A stretch of 64,000 bases of DNA, taken from Octopus vulgaris. Lineage: Eukaryota. The position numbers were made by a program, and so were the translations under genes. The stretch is from contig OX597815.1 in assembly GCA_951406725.2 (NCBI GenBank), positions 62,558,001 through 62,622,000 of the forward strand, written 5' to 3'. Below are positions 1 to 12,629 of the stretch, piece by piece. The notes below the pieces were generated by a model. That model ran no database searches and had not been told where the DNA came from. It was given only the letters and a program-made list of their open reading frames with translations. The stretch's first letter is position 1; every line of letters begins with the position of its first letter.

Positions 1-257
1 CTCTTTTGCCGAACCGCTAAGTGACGGGGACGTAAACACACCAGCAATGTTGGGAGGACAAACACAGACACACAAACACACACACACACGTATATATATA
101 TATATACATATACATATATACGACGGGCTTCTTTCAGTTTCCGTCTACCAAATCCACTCACAGGGCTTTGGTCGGCCCGAGGCTATAGTAGAAGACACTT
201 GCCCAAGGTGCCACGCAGTGGGACTGAACCCGGAACCATGTGGTTGGTAAGCAAGCT
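1..257 (-). mobile_element. SINE family A copy (tRNA-derived head, internal (TA)n/(TG)n tract), cut by window edge
   Basis: Reverse complement matches the full + strand copies at 31258 and 31756 (ggttccgggttcagtcccactgcgtggcaccttgggcaagtgtcttctactatagcc...gaagcccgtcg-microsatellite-gcggttcggcaaaagag). Confidence 0.9.
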
Positions 258-501
258 CCATCTATCTATATATATATATATTTACATATAGACACATACA
301 TATATATATATGTGTACACGCGCGCGCACGCACACACACACCCACACACACATACATATACGATGGGCTTCTTTCAATTTCAGTCAACCAAATCCGCTCA
401 CAAAGCTTTGTTCGTCTCGAGACTATAGTAGAAGGCACTACTCCAAGGTGCCACGCGGTGGTATTGAACCCGGAACCATATGGTTGGGAAGCAAGCTTCT
501 T

Positions 502-2626
502 TATTTCATTATACTGGCCATAAAGGCCTTACATAGAGAAAGGGATCAGCGGGCTGGACATAGACATAATGTTATATGAAATGAAAATGAAGATTAATGG
601 GGGAAACAGTGACGCCCGCCGTTCGTTCTTTCGCGAGAACATTGATCTCTTATATTATTCATGTGGCAACAAACCTCTTACACTCTTCACAATTCAATAA
701 CAAAATGAGGCACTAAGCCTCTTACCTTTTTTCCCCAGCTAGGAACTTTCAATAAGACTGATGCTTTTCCATCTCTTGTCCATATTCCTCCCCAACATCG
801 CTTGTGACCCCATCCTCCGCCATCACCCACGCTTCATTCAAACACAAAGCGGATGCCGTGTCGGCGTCGCCCGGCCACAAGCAATATTCCTCATTGAATC
901 CCTCCAGCCAACGCAACACGGGCAACGTTATGACCTCCATAGCTATTTGCGGAGGCCATTCGAGATCCCGTGTGCAGGCTAAAGGTAATCTATTATGGTG
1001 TTTTTCCAACACCTTCTCCACCTCTCTACTAATTCCCACCGACGGTGTCTCTTTCCCTGTCGGTGACACAACTCCACCTACGAGGTTCCGGGACATTCCG
1101 GTACTATGTCACCGACTGCCGACAATGCCCAGTTTCTCTTCCTCTTCCTATTTTTTCTTCTCACCTGAAGGAGAGTGTGTCTCCTCCGTGACCGGGAGAT
1201 TTGCCTCCCTTCCCTCATCCCTAGAACCCTTCGGTGAACACTCGTTGTTGCTCACCTTCTTTCTCTTGCAGCCCTTCTTTGAGGAGTTCTCCGCCTCCTC
1301 GGCCGTCTTCGTTCCCTCTTCTACAGAGGACTCAACCAACTGCTACCGGACCTTACTTTGTTCCTGGTGGCAGTTTTTCTTTATATGGCCAGGTTCCAAG
1401 GCATCGATGACACTTGGGGGGTGGGGGGGCGACCCTCAAGAATCACCGGGTACCTGCACCCGGCCATTTAAAAGAAATTTGGAAATACCAGATTCTTGGC
1501 TGATTGGGTCCACAGGTTCAAAACAGATTTTGACCCAACCCAATCAGCCGCAGGCAAAATTTCCCATTAAGGAGCTTGGCTCTGCTGCGTCCCAGACCTC
1601 GGCGGATAGTCTCCTCTATCTACTCGGGTTCTATTCCGGGTGGCAAACCACAGACCCACACCCTCGTCAACTTCCTCCCACAATACGTATGAAGAAACAA
1701 AATCTCTCTGCCCTCCATTGCTGGCTCGCAAATTTTCGAGCCTCCTCAGGGGTGTCAAATAGCAACCACAACATTGCATATTTGACCCCATTTGAGATGG
1801 ATTTAATAGTTGGCAGATACTCTGCCTATTCCCTTTCGATAGCAATCTTTTCAAATAGGGCGATTGTGTCGAGCGACTTGGAGTAAGTCCTCAACACCAC
1901 CGTCCTCTCTTCACAGTCTTTCAACAACTGTTTGGATGGGACAATTTCCCACTCCAGAACATTGTCCTTGTTCTCTGCCATGTTTTTTTTAAAAATAAAA
2001 TGTCCAAAAACAGTTCAGATAAAAATTCAAAACAAAAGAAAGAAGAAAAAGAAAGAAATCAAAAGAAAGTCACAACAGAAAGGAAGGAAGAAAAAAAGAA
2101 AACAGTTCAATAAAAAGAAAGTCACAAAAAAGATTGAAGAAGGAAAGAAAACAGTCTACAGTTAAAAAAAACACAGCAGGCAAAAAATATTCTGGCCACT
2201 CGGTAATCCAAGCCTATTTGGTAATCGAAATTGAACCCGAAATGCCACAACTTGAAACACAGCTTCCACAAAAATTTGTAAAAGAAGTTGTTGTTTCTTC
2301 GATGAATTCTCACAATTTTAAAAAGAAAAATTATTCACTTAAAGTGAACAAGTTTTTGGAAGCGAGATACGCCCCTCACAATTAAGTGAGAAATACTATT
2401 CACTCATCTGCAGGCAGACCAAAGTTCAGAATCCAGTGAGGACAAAATAATAATGGACAAAATGAGGACAAAAATAATTATGGCAAACAACAAACCCCAC
2501 TGGACACCAAAAAACTAAAGTCTTACCTTACAGCTGAGCTTCTTTTACAATCAATTTTCGTCCGCTGCAAACGAGCGTGACGACTTCTATTCAGGGGTAT
2601 GAACAACACTGACAACACGCATACGC
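502..2626 (-). mobile_element. ORF1-only non-LTR retroelement (HAL1/half-L1-like, L1/Tx1 clade) with 16-bp TSD
   Basis: Exact direct repeats GGGAAGCAAGCTTCTT at 486-501 and 2627-2642. It has one decayed gag-like ORF, no EN/RT sequence, and a 3' end ...ggcctttatggccagtataatgaaata. Confidence 0.8.
749..1981 (-). pseudogene. Disrupted LINE ORF1 (gag-like nucleic-acid-binding protein with CCHC zinc knuckle)
   Basis: Manual translation from ATG 1981 gives MAENKDNVLEWEIVPSKQLLKDCEERTVVLRTY...VWVCGLPPGIEPE...VILEGRPP/KCHRCLEPGHIKKNC (CX2CX4HX4C). A K/E-rich tail follows, ending ...MEKHQSY* at 749. Several stops and frameshifts. Confidence 0.8.
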
Positions 2627-2764
2627 GGGAAGCAAGCTTCTTACCATACAGTCACGTCTGTGCCTATACACAAACACACACACACACATATATATATCTG
2701 TGTGGGTGCGTGTGTATATATAGATATATATTATAAATTATACAAACATTCATATATATCATAT

Positions 2765-3140
2765 ACTAGCAGTAACGCCCGGCGTTGCTCAGGTTTGTAA
2801 GGGAAATAACTATAAAGCATTTTTAGAGAGTTATAGCCAAAAAATAGCAAAAAAATGGAAAAAAATGATGGTCAATTTTTTTTTTAGTTAAAAAAGGTGG
2901 AGTTGCGTCCCCTAGACAGTTTGTGTTTCTGATTCTGGACCCCATGTCGAATTTATCGATTTTTTTCAGAACTGGGGGAACTTTTCAAAATTTTCGCTGC
3001 GTTAGTTATGAATTATGACATTGGGCTATGTGTGTGTCAAGTTTCATCAGAATCGGTTGAAAGCCGTGGTCAGGGTGAAGGTACAAGCAAACAGACACAC
3101 AGAAACACGCACAGACAAACTGCCGTTTATATATAGAGAG
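2765..3140 (+). mobile_element. Non-autonomous Helentron/Helitron-type element (HINE/DINE-1-like)
   Basis: Starts ACTAGCAG..CCCGGCGTTGCTCAGG (short 5' inverted motif). The 3' part aagtttcatcagaatcggttgaaagccgt...(ACAG/ACAC)n...tttatatatag is the architecture typical of HINE/Lep1-like elements. Confidence 0.6.
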
Positions 3141-3235
3141 ATATATGTATATGTACTTATATATATGTGTATATATATATAGTATGTATATAGTATATAT
3201 ATGTATATATATATATATGTATATATGCGTGCATG

Positions 3236-3310
<75 letters not shown>

Positions 3311-3789
3311 GCACACATACATGAAACTTGTTAAGGTGGCGTATATAACTAGTAGCAATATATATGCATCTAATTCAATGTGAGCCATATAATGTTTGAA
3401 ATATATTTGTTGGTAGCGTTGATACCTATCATAATTATGCCCAATATAATTCATTACCACATTACTCCATTACTAGTGAATAACAAGAAAATGGATAAAG
3501 TTTTAGAAAACATAATTGAAAGCACTCCCCCCACATACACACATACACTCATATATACTCATATGCCGGTACATTCACATTTGTACATACCTAGCGGCCA
3601 GTTTCTCTTTGTATGTAATACAAAGAAATATTAAATCCTGAAGCAAGTAACTTTTACGTAAGTTATTAAAAATGCATTATATCCGTGAGTTTAATATATA
3701 ATGCCTCAAAGATATCTGCTTTAAATTTATGCTCACTCATATATATATACGCATATATACTGTGATCATTGGGTGATACGTCAGAAACT

Positions 3790-4878
3790 GTGGGAAACTA
3801 AGTGGCTGCATGACATTTCAAAAAGTGGAATTTTTGACAGCTGCCACCAATGGTGCCCTCTCTGGGGAGACATCAATTCTCGGTGGAGTCCCTCGGGGAT
3901 CTGTTACTGGGACCACTACTGTTTGTGGTGGCTCTCTCAGACATGCCTTCATCCATACAATCAGCCACTCTTACCAGCTATGCTGATGATACAAAAGTAT
4001 CACAGGCAGCCAAGGTCCCTGGTGAGAAACTAAAACGGCAAAATGACCTAAATGCAATATTCAAATGGACTGATGAAAATTGCACGCAGTTTAATGCTGA
4101 AAAATTCCAGTACTCCAGTATCGGCCCACAAACAGACTACAATTGGAAAACACAAGACCAGAGAGCCGTGCAATCCCAGAATCAGAGTTGGTGCCTGATC
4201 TGGGAATACACATGAGTAATGGTACAACATTCCATGTGCATATTACCACGATGGCATCACTATACAGGGAAGAGGCTGGTTGGATTCTGAGACGAAAAAA
4301 TAAACAGGAGAAAGGACACCATGTTACTCCTATGAAGTCTAGATTAATACTTCTACAGAAAGCATTAAACTGATGGTGAAACTCGAGAGAATCCAACACC
4401 ATTATACAAAAGTGCAACTCATGAGCTACTGGGAAAGACTAAAGGAAGTGAAACTCTACTCGCTAGAGAGAAGCGCGGAAGCTATACAATGCTACACATG
4501 CAGATTATCCTGGAAGGTTTAGAGTAAAACTACACCAACCACTGGACTGGATAGCACTGCTTAGTATCAAAGATCCCGTCTTCTCTATCTAGAATACGGA
4601 TCCCGTACTGCAACAACTTGGGTTTCAAGGAACCACAAATTTTGAACATAATGCCAAACAAGCTCAGAAACCTGAGAGGTGTAGGTGTAGATGATTTAAA
4701 AAAAAATCATTTGGACAAATTTCTATCTGTGGAAACCAGATGAACACACATGTGGCCGGATATACAAAGATAAGCTCCGTTCAATTCACTATTTCACCAG
4801 AAACAATACCAATCACACTTAAAGGGAAGCGCTCCAACATCGCCTCAGACTCCGGCTGAAATCAGTAAGAATAAAAGA
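3790..4878 (+). mobile_element. CR1-like LINE, 5'-truncated and decayed (RT domain to 3' tail)
   Basis: Frameshifted motifs: GVPRGS/LLGPLLFVVALSDMP, YADDTKV, QNDLNAIFKWTDEN..FNAEKFQ, DLGIHMS, YWERLKEVKLYSLER, LDKFLSV..PDE, NSLFHQ. Tail ends agaataaaaga. Confidence 0.85.
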
Positions 4879-4879
4879 T

Positions 4880-4890
4880 GCGTGTGTGTT

Positions 4891-4977
<87 letters not shown>

Positions 4978-5008
4978 ATGTGTGTGTGTCTGTGTGTGCG
5001 TATGTGTA
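4880..5008. repeat. (TG)n microsatellite
   Basis: Direct reading. Confidence 0.95.
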
Positions 5009-5133
5009 TTTAATAACAGCCGATATCCCTGTTGGTTGTTTAGTTAGCTGGTTATTTCTGCTCTCAAGCTTCATATATATAGAGAGGAAGAGAAACATAT
5101 TACAAAGGAGGTAAAGTGTGTCCTCTAATTTTC

Positions 5134-5179
<46 letters not shown>

Positions 5180-5719
5180 TAAAATTTTGCAAAGATAGGT
5201 TTACGATGTAGTAGATCGCGATTGCGTTGACAAAAGTTACAGAAAACATATTGCAAATATGCAAATGAGAAATTTGTTTTCTTTCAGGTAAAAATATTTT
5301 TCATTTGAAAATTAGTATCCATTTGTTCAATTTCTATAAATACTAAAAAAATTTAATCAAAAGTTGAATTATAATTATTTTATGTCTGCCATATCTTTCT
5401 GAAGTTAAAGTAGTAAAAATATACTTCAAAGTTATGTCACGTGGCAGGTAAATGGACACCTACACACACACACTCGTACACATACACACTCGTACACATA
5501 CACGCACACAGACACATACCGACACACCTACACACATACCCATACAGAAGTCCTTTTCTACACACATACCCATACAGAAGTCCTTTTCTCCCTGGTAAGA
5601 TCAAAGCTTCTATTTAAGAGGTACGGTGTGATCGTCATCCAGCCTGCGGCGGACACTCTATTTGACTCCCAACAGTGACTTTATCCAGAATTTAATGCGT
5701 AAAGAATTCTTAGCCAATA

Positions 5720-5733
5720 TTTTGTTGTTGTTG

Positions 5734-5818
<85 letters not shown>

Positions 5819-5867
5819 CATTATTATTATTATTATTAATATTACTACTACTACTACTACTACTCCT

Positions 5868-5900
<33 letters not shown>
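5720..5900. repeat. Compound (TTG)n(TTA)n(CTA)n(TCA)n microsatellite
   Basis: Direct reading; explains the poly-L/poly-S ORF 5662-5976. Confidence 0.95.
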
Positions 5901-5901
<1 letters not shown>

Positions 5902-5903
5902 AC

Positions 5904-6097
5904 ACGGCGAGCTGGCAGAATCTTAGCGGCATTTCATCAGTCTTTATGTTCTGAGTTCAAATTTCGCCGACATTGACTTTGTTTTTCGTTCTTTAGCAAT
6001 CGATAGAATATAGAACAGGCAAGTACCTGGGTTAATGTAATCAGCTAGATCCCTCCCTCAAAAAATATCCGGCCTGGTGCCTGTAGTAGAAAGGTTA
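5904..6097 (+). mobile_element. SINE family B copy (tRNA head ggcgagctggcagaa..., tail ccttgtgcct..agtagaaag)
   Basis: Similar to the copies at 28812 and 19711. Confidence 0.8.
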
Positions 6098-6459
6098 GAA
6101 GAATGAAGCACCGATCAGAACAATTTTTTCATTGAAGGTATAATCAAAGCCAGCAGCTTCAGAATTTCGCATAATTGTGACTGACGAAACACAAGACGTT
6201 GAAACAACGCTGTTCCAGAATGTCGTAAGCCAATGGAATTGAGTGAGTTGGATTCATTGCCATCGTAAAAGGGAGAAGTTTTTCAGCTACGACGTACACT
6301 AAGGCGACCGATATATTCGTATTTATTTATTTATTTCATAAACTTTATAACTTAAAGTTCATAGCTACATTTGTGGTTGATTGCCTTCGTAAAATAACTA
6401 TTTTCAGACTTCTTAAATAAATATTCATATATACGTACATACATGCACGCAAGCGCGTG

Positions 6460-6555
<96 letters not shown>

Positions 6556-6667
6556 CCACCTTGATGAAATTTAAACAATGCCACGGAAACTAATTCTGCC
6601 ATAACCTTCTACACACATACGCACACACATACACACTCATATGTATACATATATTTTATTTTATAAT

Positions 6668-6864
6668 CCATTCTTTTATTTGTTTCAGTTGTTTCTCTGC
6701 GGCCATGCTGGAGCACAGCCATTTGTCGAACAAATCGACCCCAGGACTTATTCTTTGTAAGCTTAGTACTTAATTCTATTGGTCTGTTTCGCCGAACGGC
6801 TAAGTTACGGGGACGTAAACACATCGACATCGGGACAAAAAGGCACACACGCACACGCACACTA

Positions 6865-6899
<35 letters not shown>

Positions 6900-7092
6900 C
6901 ACACACACACACATACACATACACACACACATATAGGACGAGCTTCTTTCAGTTTGTCTACTAAATCTACTTATAAGGCTTTGATCGGCCCGAGGCTTTA
7001 GTAGAAAACACTTGCCCAAGGTGCCACGCAGTGGGACTGAATCTAGATCCATAGGGTTGAGAAGCAAGCTTCTTACCTCACCCCCACCCATA
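6668..7092 (-). mobile_element. SINE family A, near full length
   Basis: Both halves and the internal (CA)n tract are present; tail rc gctccagcatggccgcag..actgaaacaaataaaaga. Confidence 0.9.
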
Positions 7093-7124
7093 AAAATTTG
7101 TGTGCATTCCCTCCTGTAAAGAAG

Positions 7125-7126
7125 TA

Positions 7127-7182
<56 letters not shown>

Positions 7183-7205
7183 AATGAATCTATCTATCTA
7201 TCTAC

Positions 7206-7258
<53 letters not shown>

Positions 7259-7259
7259 A

Positions 7260-7290
<31 letters not shown>

Positions 7291-7292
7291 CA
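7125..7292. repeat. (TATC)n microsatellite
   Basis: Direct reading. Confidence 0.95.
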
Positions 7293-8469
7293 TACACACA
7301 CACACACGTACACATACGCACACATATATATTCATATATACATGCATATATACATTTTATATATATATTGTGTATGTAATATACACACCAACATACAGAT
7401 ACATCTGTAAGAAAATGGGATGAAATGTATACAAGTAAACGGGTAATACTTCAGTGAATACGCCAAGCTTCCGGTTCGTAACCAATTTCCGGTTCGGTGT
7501 TGCCAATAGTAAATTTAAAAATAGCAAACCCCTGTTGATGGCTTCCTTAGATTCTGTAATAGATCTCTGGGGATGGCTAACTCTCTGTACTTCAGTGTTT
7601 AATTTAATGGTGGTAGTGATGTTGGTGGTGGTGGTGGATGTAGTGGTGGATGTGGCGGTGGTGGTTGCAGGGTGTGATGATGATGATGATGATGATAGTG
7701 GTGGTGGTGGTGGTGCTGCTGGTAGTGGTGATGGTGGTGGTAATGTGATGATGATGACAGTAAAGGTGATGGTGATGTTTTTGACGACGACGACAATGAT
7801 GACGATGATAGTGGTGTTTAGATCGTAGTGGGGATGCATGACCTGTTGTTGTAGATGAGGAATAGGAGACGCAGGAGGGGGACGCGGCAGAGGATAGCTG
7901 TTTTGTTGGTAGTGAGAAGGATGTTGATGATGATGCGAGGTGGACGACGATGATGATGCTAATTACGACGATGATGCGAATGAACATCTACTGATCATAA
8001 TGACGATGGTGATGGCGAGGACGGTGGCAATGACGACGCGTTGATGGTAACAATGATGATAATAGCGAAATAGATGAAGATAACATGTAAGAAATAATAT
8101 TTTCTCCCATTTTCTCACCCTCCTTCATTCCTACCAAATATTCCGGCACCTTAAATCTTACCTTGCAAATTCCAATTGACAGTGCGAAAATTTTAATGCA
8201 ACAACATCACTGATATCTCGTGGGCGCCTTTCCCCTCCATTTGCCGTTTCCTCTAAAATATTGCGCATTAGTGGCTAATCAGAAAGAAATCGATATTTAA
8301 TTTTATCTATTATTAAACTGAGGTTCATACAACTTACCGGTATCGAATCAAGTGAATTATATATTTAGTTAGTACTAAGCTGTTCAATATTGTGACGTTA
8401 ATTATTAGATTAGAAATGCGGCGAGGAAAAGACATTAATTTAATGCTTAATATTTTTTATTATATGCTA

Positions 8470-8612
8470 TTCCGCTGAGATCGACATTGCCTTTCATCCT
8501 TTTGGAGTTGATAAAATAAGTACCAGTTGAACACCATGGGTCGATTTAATCGACTTACCTCCTCACCCCACCCCGAAATTGCTGGCCTTGTGCCAAAATT
8601 TAAAGGCAATAT
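8470..8612 (+). mobile_element. SINE family B 3' half
   Basis: gcctttcatccttttggagttgataaaataagtaccag...gaaattgctggccttgtgccaaaatt. Confidence 0.75.
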
Positions 8613-9500
8613 TTTATTGTATGTTTTATTTTTTATTCAACGCATAGGCATTTCGAGTAATTTATTTTTCAGATATACATATTTGTTAAGCATTAAATAT
8701 TTTGTAATTAACTTTTGACTCTCGTATTTCGTACGATGGCACCCCTCATCAATGAACTTTATGAATGCATTTTTTAGATGCATATATATATATTTGTTAA
8801 TGGCACAGAACTTCTCAGAACCAGACAGCAATATCTACGCGTTATCCAAGCCGTCTAATATTATCTATGAAAAGCAAAAAAATATTAAGTAAGTAATCTA
8901 CACCAACACTTTCCACTTTACTAGAATGAAGGACAACTCAAAATCATGAGGCTAAAACAAAAATAATTCATAAATATGTATAACAAATATGTATTCCCAT
9001 TAGCAGCTGAGCTACCGAACGGTTATCACTATAGTTTTAGTACATATAAATGTGTGTTTGTGTATATTGTGTGTGTGTGTATATATATATATACATAATA
9101 AGGGTTAAGCAACAAGTTGCTTAACCACATACCGAAAATTTAGAAATAGCAGCCAAAGACAGTTTATTGCTTTTTACTACAGATATTACTCCACAAATAA
9201 CAATACTTGTAACTCACATAGGCAAAAGAAGAAAAATAACGAAATCAAACAATCTTCATTCCCGTCCTCAGCACAATAATTCGATAATTTATAAATCTGA
9301 AAATGCTATGAACCTACTCTTTGCATCCCGATCCAGCGCCATCAGGAAATAACACAAGATAGTCAGCACATCCAAATCCATATAGACGAATGAATTCGTA
9401 TAAAAAAAACTTTTTGTAAAAGTTCCTACCGATAATGGTTCTCTTTCCATACCGAAACTACTTGGTAAAATTTATTAATTTTAGATTAATAATTATTTAC

Positions 9501-9572
<72 letters not shown>

Positions 9573-9629
9573 GTATATATATATATATATAATATATATA
9601 TATACATATTGTATATATGTATTGTATAT

Positions 9630-9721
<92 letters not shown>

Positions 9722-10228
9722 TATGTGTGTGTATTCATGCATGCATGTTAGTTTTAATATACTTAATGTAAGTTGCATTAAATAGCTTATTAAAATAGTT
9801 ATGGGGCGAGGAGAAGAGAAAATAATATTGGGTAGTGACTAATATCATTTTTATGAACTTTTACACGTACGGGAAACAACGTATGACTAGTTTCATTCGT
9901 ATTATGACCTCATCAGTTACTTGCCGAAGTAGTGATGGAAGAGTTACAAAGTAAATGTACAATACTAGAAGAATATTACTGGAGGAATAGTAATTCACAG
10001 AAGACATCTGCTTGGCAAACAACAGTTAAGTATTACATGATGTGTAGTTTTCTGAGTCTCCATAATATTTCCATATAGTATTTCCTTTCTATCTATACTG
10101 TTTTAAAAAATCAATTTATTGATATTTAATTCACCATTAAGAAATCTTAAATTTATATATCCAGTATTGACAAGTTTATGTCTTATATACATACATACAT
10201 ACAAGGATACATACATACATATATACAT

Positions 10229-10276
<48 letters not shown>

Positions 10277-10419
10277 AGATAGGGGTTGAAAATTCAACCC
10301 AGTAATGGTGTATTAAAGTATGGATTGAGTATCATCGGATAGTTGATGTTTTACTGATTTAAGTATGTTTCTCCATTCTCTAATTTTGTAGTTATATATA
10401 TATATATATATATATATAT

Positions 10420-11764
10420 CCTCTCTTTCGTCCAATCTTTCCATCCAGCCCTCCACTTCACTTCCACTATCTCCAACACCTCTGTCTCCTTCCTCGACAT
10501 TTCGGTTAGCATTCTTCACTCCACTCTTACCACCTCCATTCACTACAAACACACAGACTCACACTCCTACCTCAACTTCTCTTCCTCCCACCCAGAACAC
10601 ACCAAGCTTTCCATCCCCTATTCCCAATTCCTCCGTCTACGTAGGCTCTGTAGTGACGACCATGACTTTGAGACTCAGTCTCAACGTATGGCTCACCACT
10701 TCACCCTACGTGGATACCCCCTCACCACTATCCACACCGCCCTTGCCAGAGCACGGTCCGTGGACCGTGTATCTGCTCTCTCTCCCCGAACCCGCCCTGT
10801 AGTCTCCCGCCTCCCTTTTCCCCTCACTTACCACCCCACGACCCTACGTCTCCAACGCACCATTCTTCGAGCTTTCCGTCATCTCCAGTCCGACCCGTCC
10901 ACTTCACACCTCTTCCCTAACCGACCCCTCCCCTCTTTCAAACGAGCCCACAACCTTCGAGACCTTTTGGTCCATAGCTCCTTCCCTGACCCTACCTCCC
11001 AACCCGGCTCGTTCCCCTGCTCCCGCCCACGTTGCCGCACTTGCCCTTACCTCTCCAACACCACCCGCCTCACTAGCACCCACCATCGACCCTATCCCAT
11101 CATCCACTCCTTCACCTGCACCTCCAGCAATATTATCTATTGCATCTCTTGCTCCCTCTGCAATTCCTTGTACATCGGACAAACGGGACGCCGCTTGGCT
11201 GACCGGTTCGCGGAACACCTTCGTGACATCCACCTTGCGAACGACACACCGGTCTCACGCCATTTCCGCTCCACCGGTCACTCCTTGCAACACCTATCTG
11301 TGTTCGGTTTGTCCTTACACAGAGGCCATCCGGATTCCCGTTTGCGCCGTGAACAGGAATTAATCTTCTCTCTTCGCTCTTATACGCCATTTGGTCTCAA
11401 CTCTCCCCCCTCCTCATCTAACCCCCTCTCCCCCTCCTCACCTATCCTTTCTCCCCCGACCCCTACTTCTTCAGTCCTTCATCCTTTCACCCCTACTCCC
11501 CTTCCCTTCTTCCCTCTTTCTCCCTCCCTCTTCCCCTTCCCTCTGCTCCCTCACTCCCTCTCTCCCCTTCTCTCTCTCACCCTCTCCCTCTTTCCTCCTT
11601 CATCCCCCTCATCCCCTTCCTTCTCCCCCATCCTCTCCCTCTCCCCCTTCTCCTCCCCCTCTTCTTCCCCTCCCCTTCTCTCCCCCTCTTCTCCCCCTCC
11701 CCCTCTTCTCCTCACTACACCACATGACTTTACTCATCACATCACATATGATGTGCCATACTAA
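10420..11764 (+). CDS. PLE polyprotein C-terminal part (RT thumb plus GIY-YIG endonuclease), 5'-truncated
   Basis: The frame is open upstream of the tracked ATG: FHPALHFTSTISNTSVSFLDI..IHYKHTDSHSYLNFSSSHPEHTKLSIPYSQFLRLRRLCS. Downstream: CSRPRCRTC, FTCTSSNIIYCISCSLCNSLYIGQTGRRLADRFAEH, RLRREQELI..GLN. The last ~120 aa are read-through into a CT-rich tract. Confidence 0.85.
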
Positions 11765-12003
11765 TACACACACCAACTAATACATACTAATACGTACTAA
11801 TACATACTAGTACATACTAATACTTACACCAACCCTATACATACACACGTCCAGACCCGCATACGCACTTATATACTCTCTCACACACACACACAGACAC
11901 CTATACATACCAATACGTATTAATACATACTAATACATACTAATACATACACCAACCCCATACATACGCACGTCCAGACCAATCTTACGCACTAATACTC
12001 TCT

Positions 12004-12036
<33 letters not shown>

Positions 12037-12273
12037 CCTTATACATACTAATACATACACCAACCCTATACATACACACATCCAGACCCCTCCCACGCAC
12101 TTTTAGCTGGTCCCTCAACCCTTTTATCAACCCTATTATCTCCCCTTATTTCGCTCTCGCGTCTCATGTTTGATCTTTGACCTCTGGCCGAAATCAGATC
12201 GCCATGTTGATTCGTTAGCTACTGCACGCATTTTTTTTCTCTCCTTCTTTCTGTGTTTTTCTCTCTCTGTGTA

Positions 12274-12311
12274 TCTTTCTGTTGAAGAGCGTAGGCTCGA
12301 AACGTTAAAGA
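12274..12311 (+). ncRNA. Minimal type I hammerhead-ribozyme-like motif (variant core) in the PLE terminal repeat
   Basis: TCTTT-CTGTTGA-A-GAGC gtag GCTC-GAAAC-GTT-AAAGA. Stem I is TCTTT/AAAGA, stem II is GAGC/GCTC, and stem III is the palindrome AACGTT. Confidence 0.65.
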
Positions 12312-12492
12312 CTTGTTTTATTTATATTTCCTGAGCGCCATACTAATACAATTGTTCGTTTGTTTTCCACCTGCCTTCGTCTTTTGTTTATTTTCATAAA
12401 GCTTCCCGTTATATATATATATATATATATAAACTTAAACTTAGACTTAGATAAACTTAGATATGTTTCGACCATATATATACATGTATATG

Positions 12493-12526
<34 letters not shown>

Positions 12527-12589
12527 TGTATGTATGTATGTATGTATGTATGTATGTTTGTATGTATGTATGTATGTATGTATGTATGT

Positions 12590-12629
<40 letters not shown>

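Larger units (their letters stand above)
355..2667 (-). mobile_element. SINE family A 5' half, split by the 2.1-kb insertion at 502-2626
   Basis: 355-501 matches the family A head. The remainder (accatacagtcacgtctgtgcctata) resumes at 2643 after the duplicated GGGAAGCAAGCTTCTT. Confidence 0.85.
10418..12410 (+). mobile_element. Penelope-like element (probably Neptune-type), 5'-truncated, inserted in (TA)n
   Basis: Contains RT thumb, zinc-finger-like linker and GIY-YIG domain, then a 3' terminal-repeat region with a hammerhead-like motif. Flanked by (TA)n on both sides. Confidence 0.9.

Noticed and set aside
804-1886. 360-aa + strand ORF
   Set aside because: It is the antisense shadow of the purine-rich ORF1 on the - strand, with no recognisable domain and a non-ATG start.
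5270-5295. Possible recursive splice site tttgttttctttcAG|GTAAAA
   Set aside because: The donor is weak, there is a single occurrence, and the host transcript orientation is unknown.
6178-6222. CTGACGA...GAAAC hammerhead-like string
   Set aside because: No stem I can be formed after the putative cleavage site.
7357-8060. His/Thr/Val/Met-rich ORFs (also 20138-20611, 51689-52543, 53214-53646)
   Set aside because: These are degenerate (GGT/GAT/CAC)n trinucleotide tracts, open in several frames, with no splice-supported exon structure.
9435-9785. [20 protein letters not shown] ORFs throughout the track
   Set aside because: They are translations of di- and tetranucleotide microsatellites.
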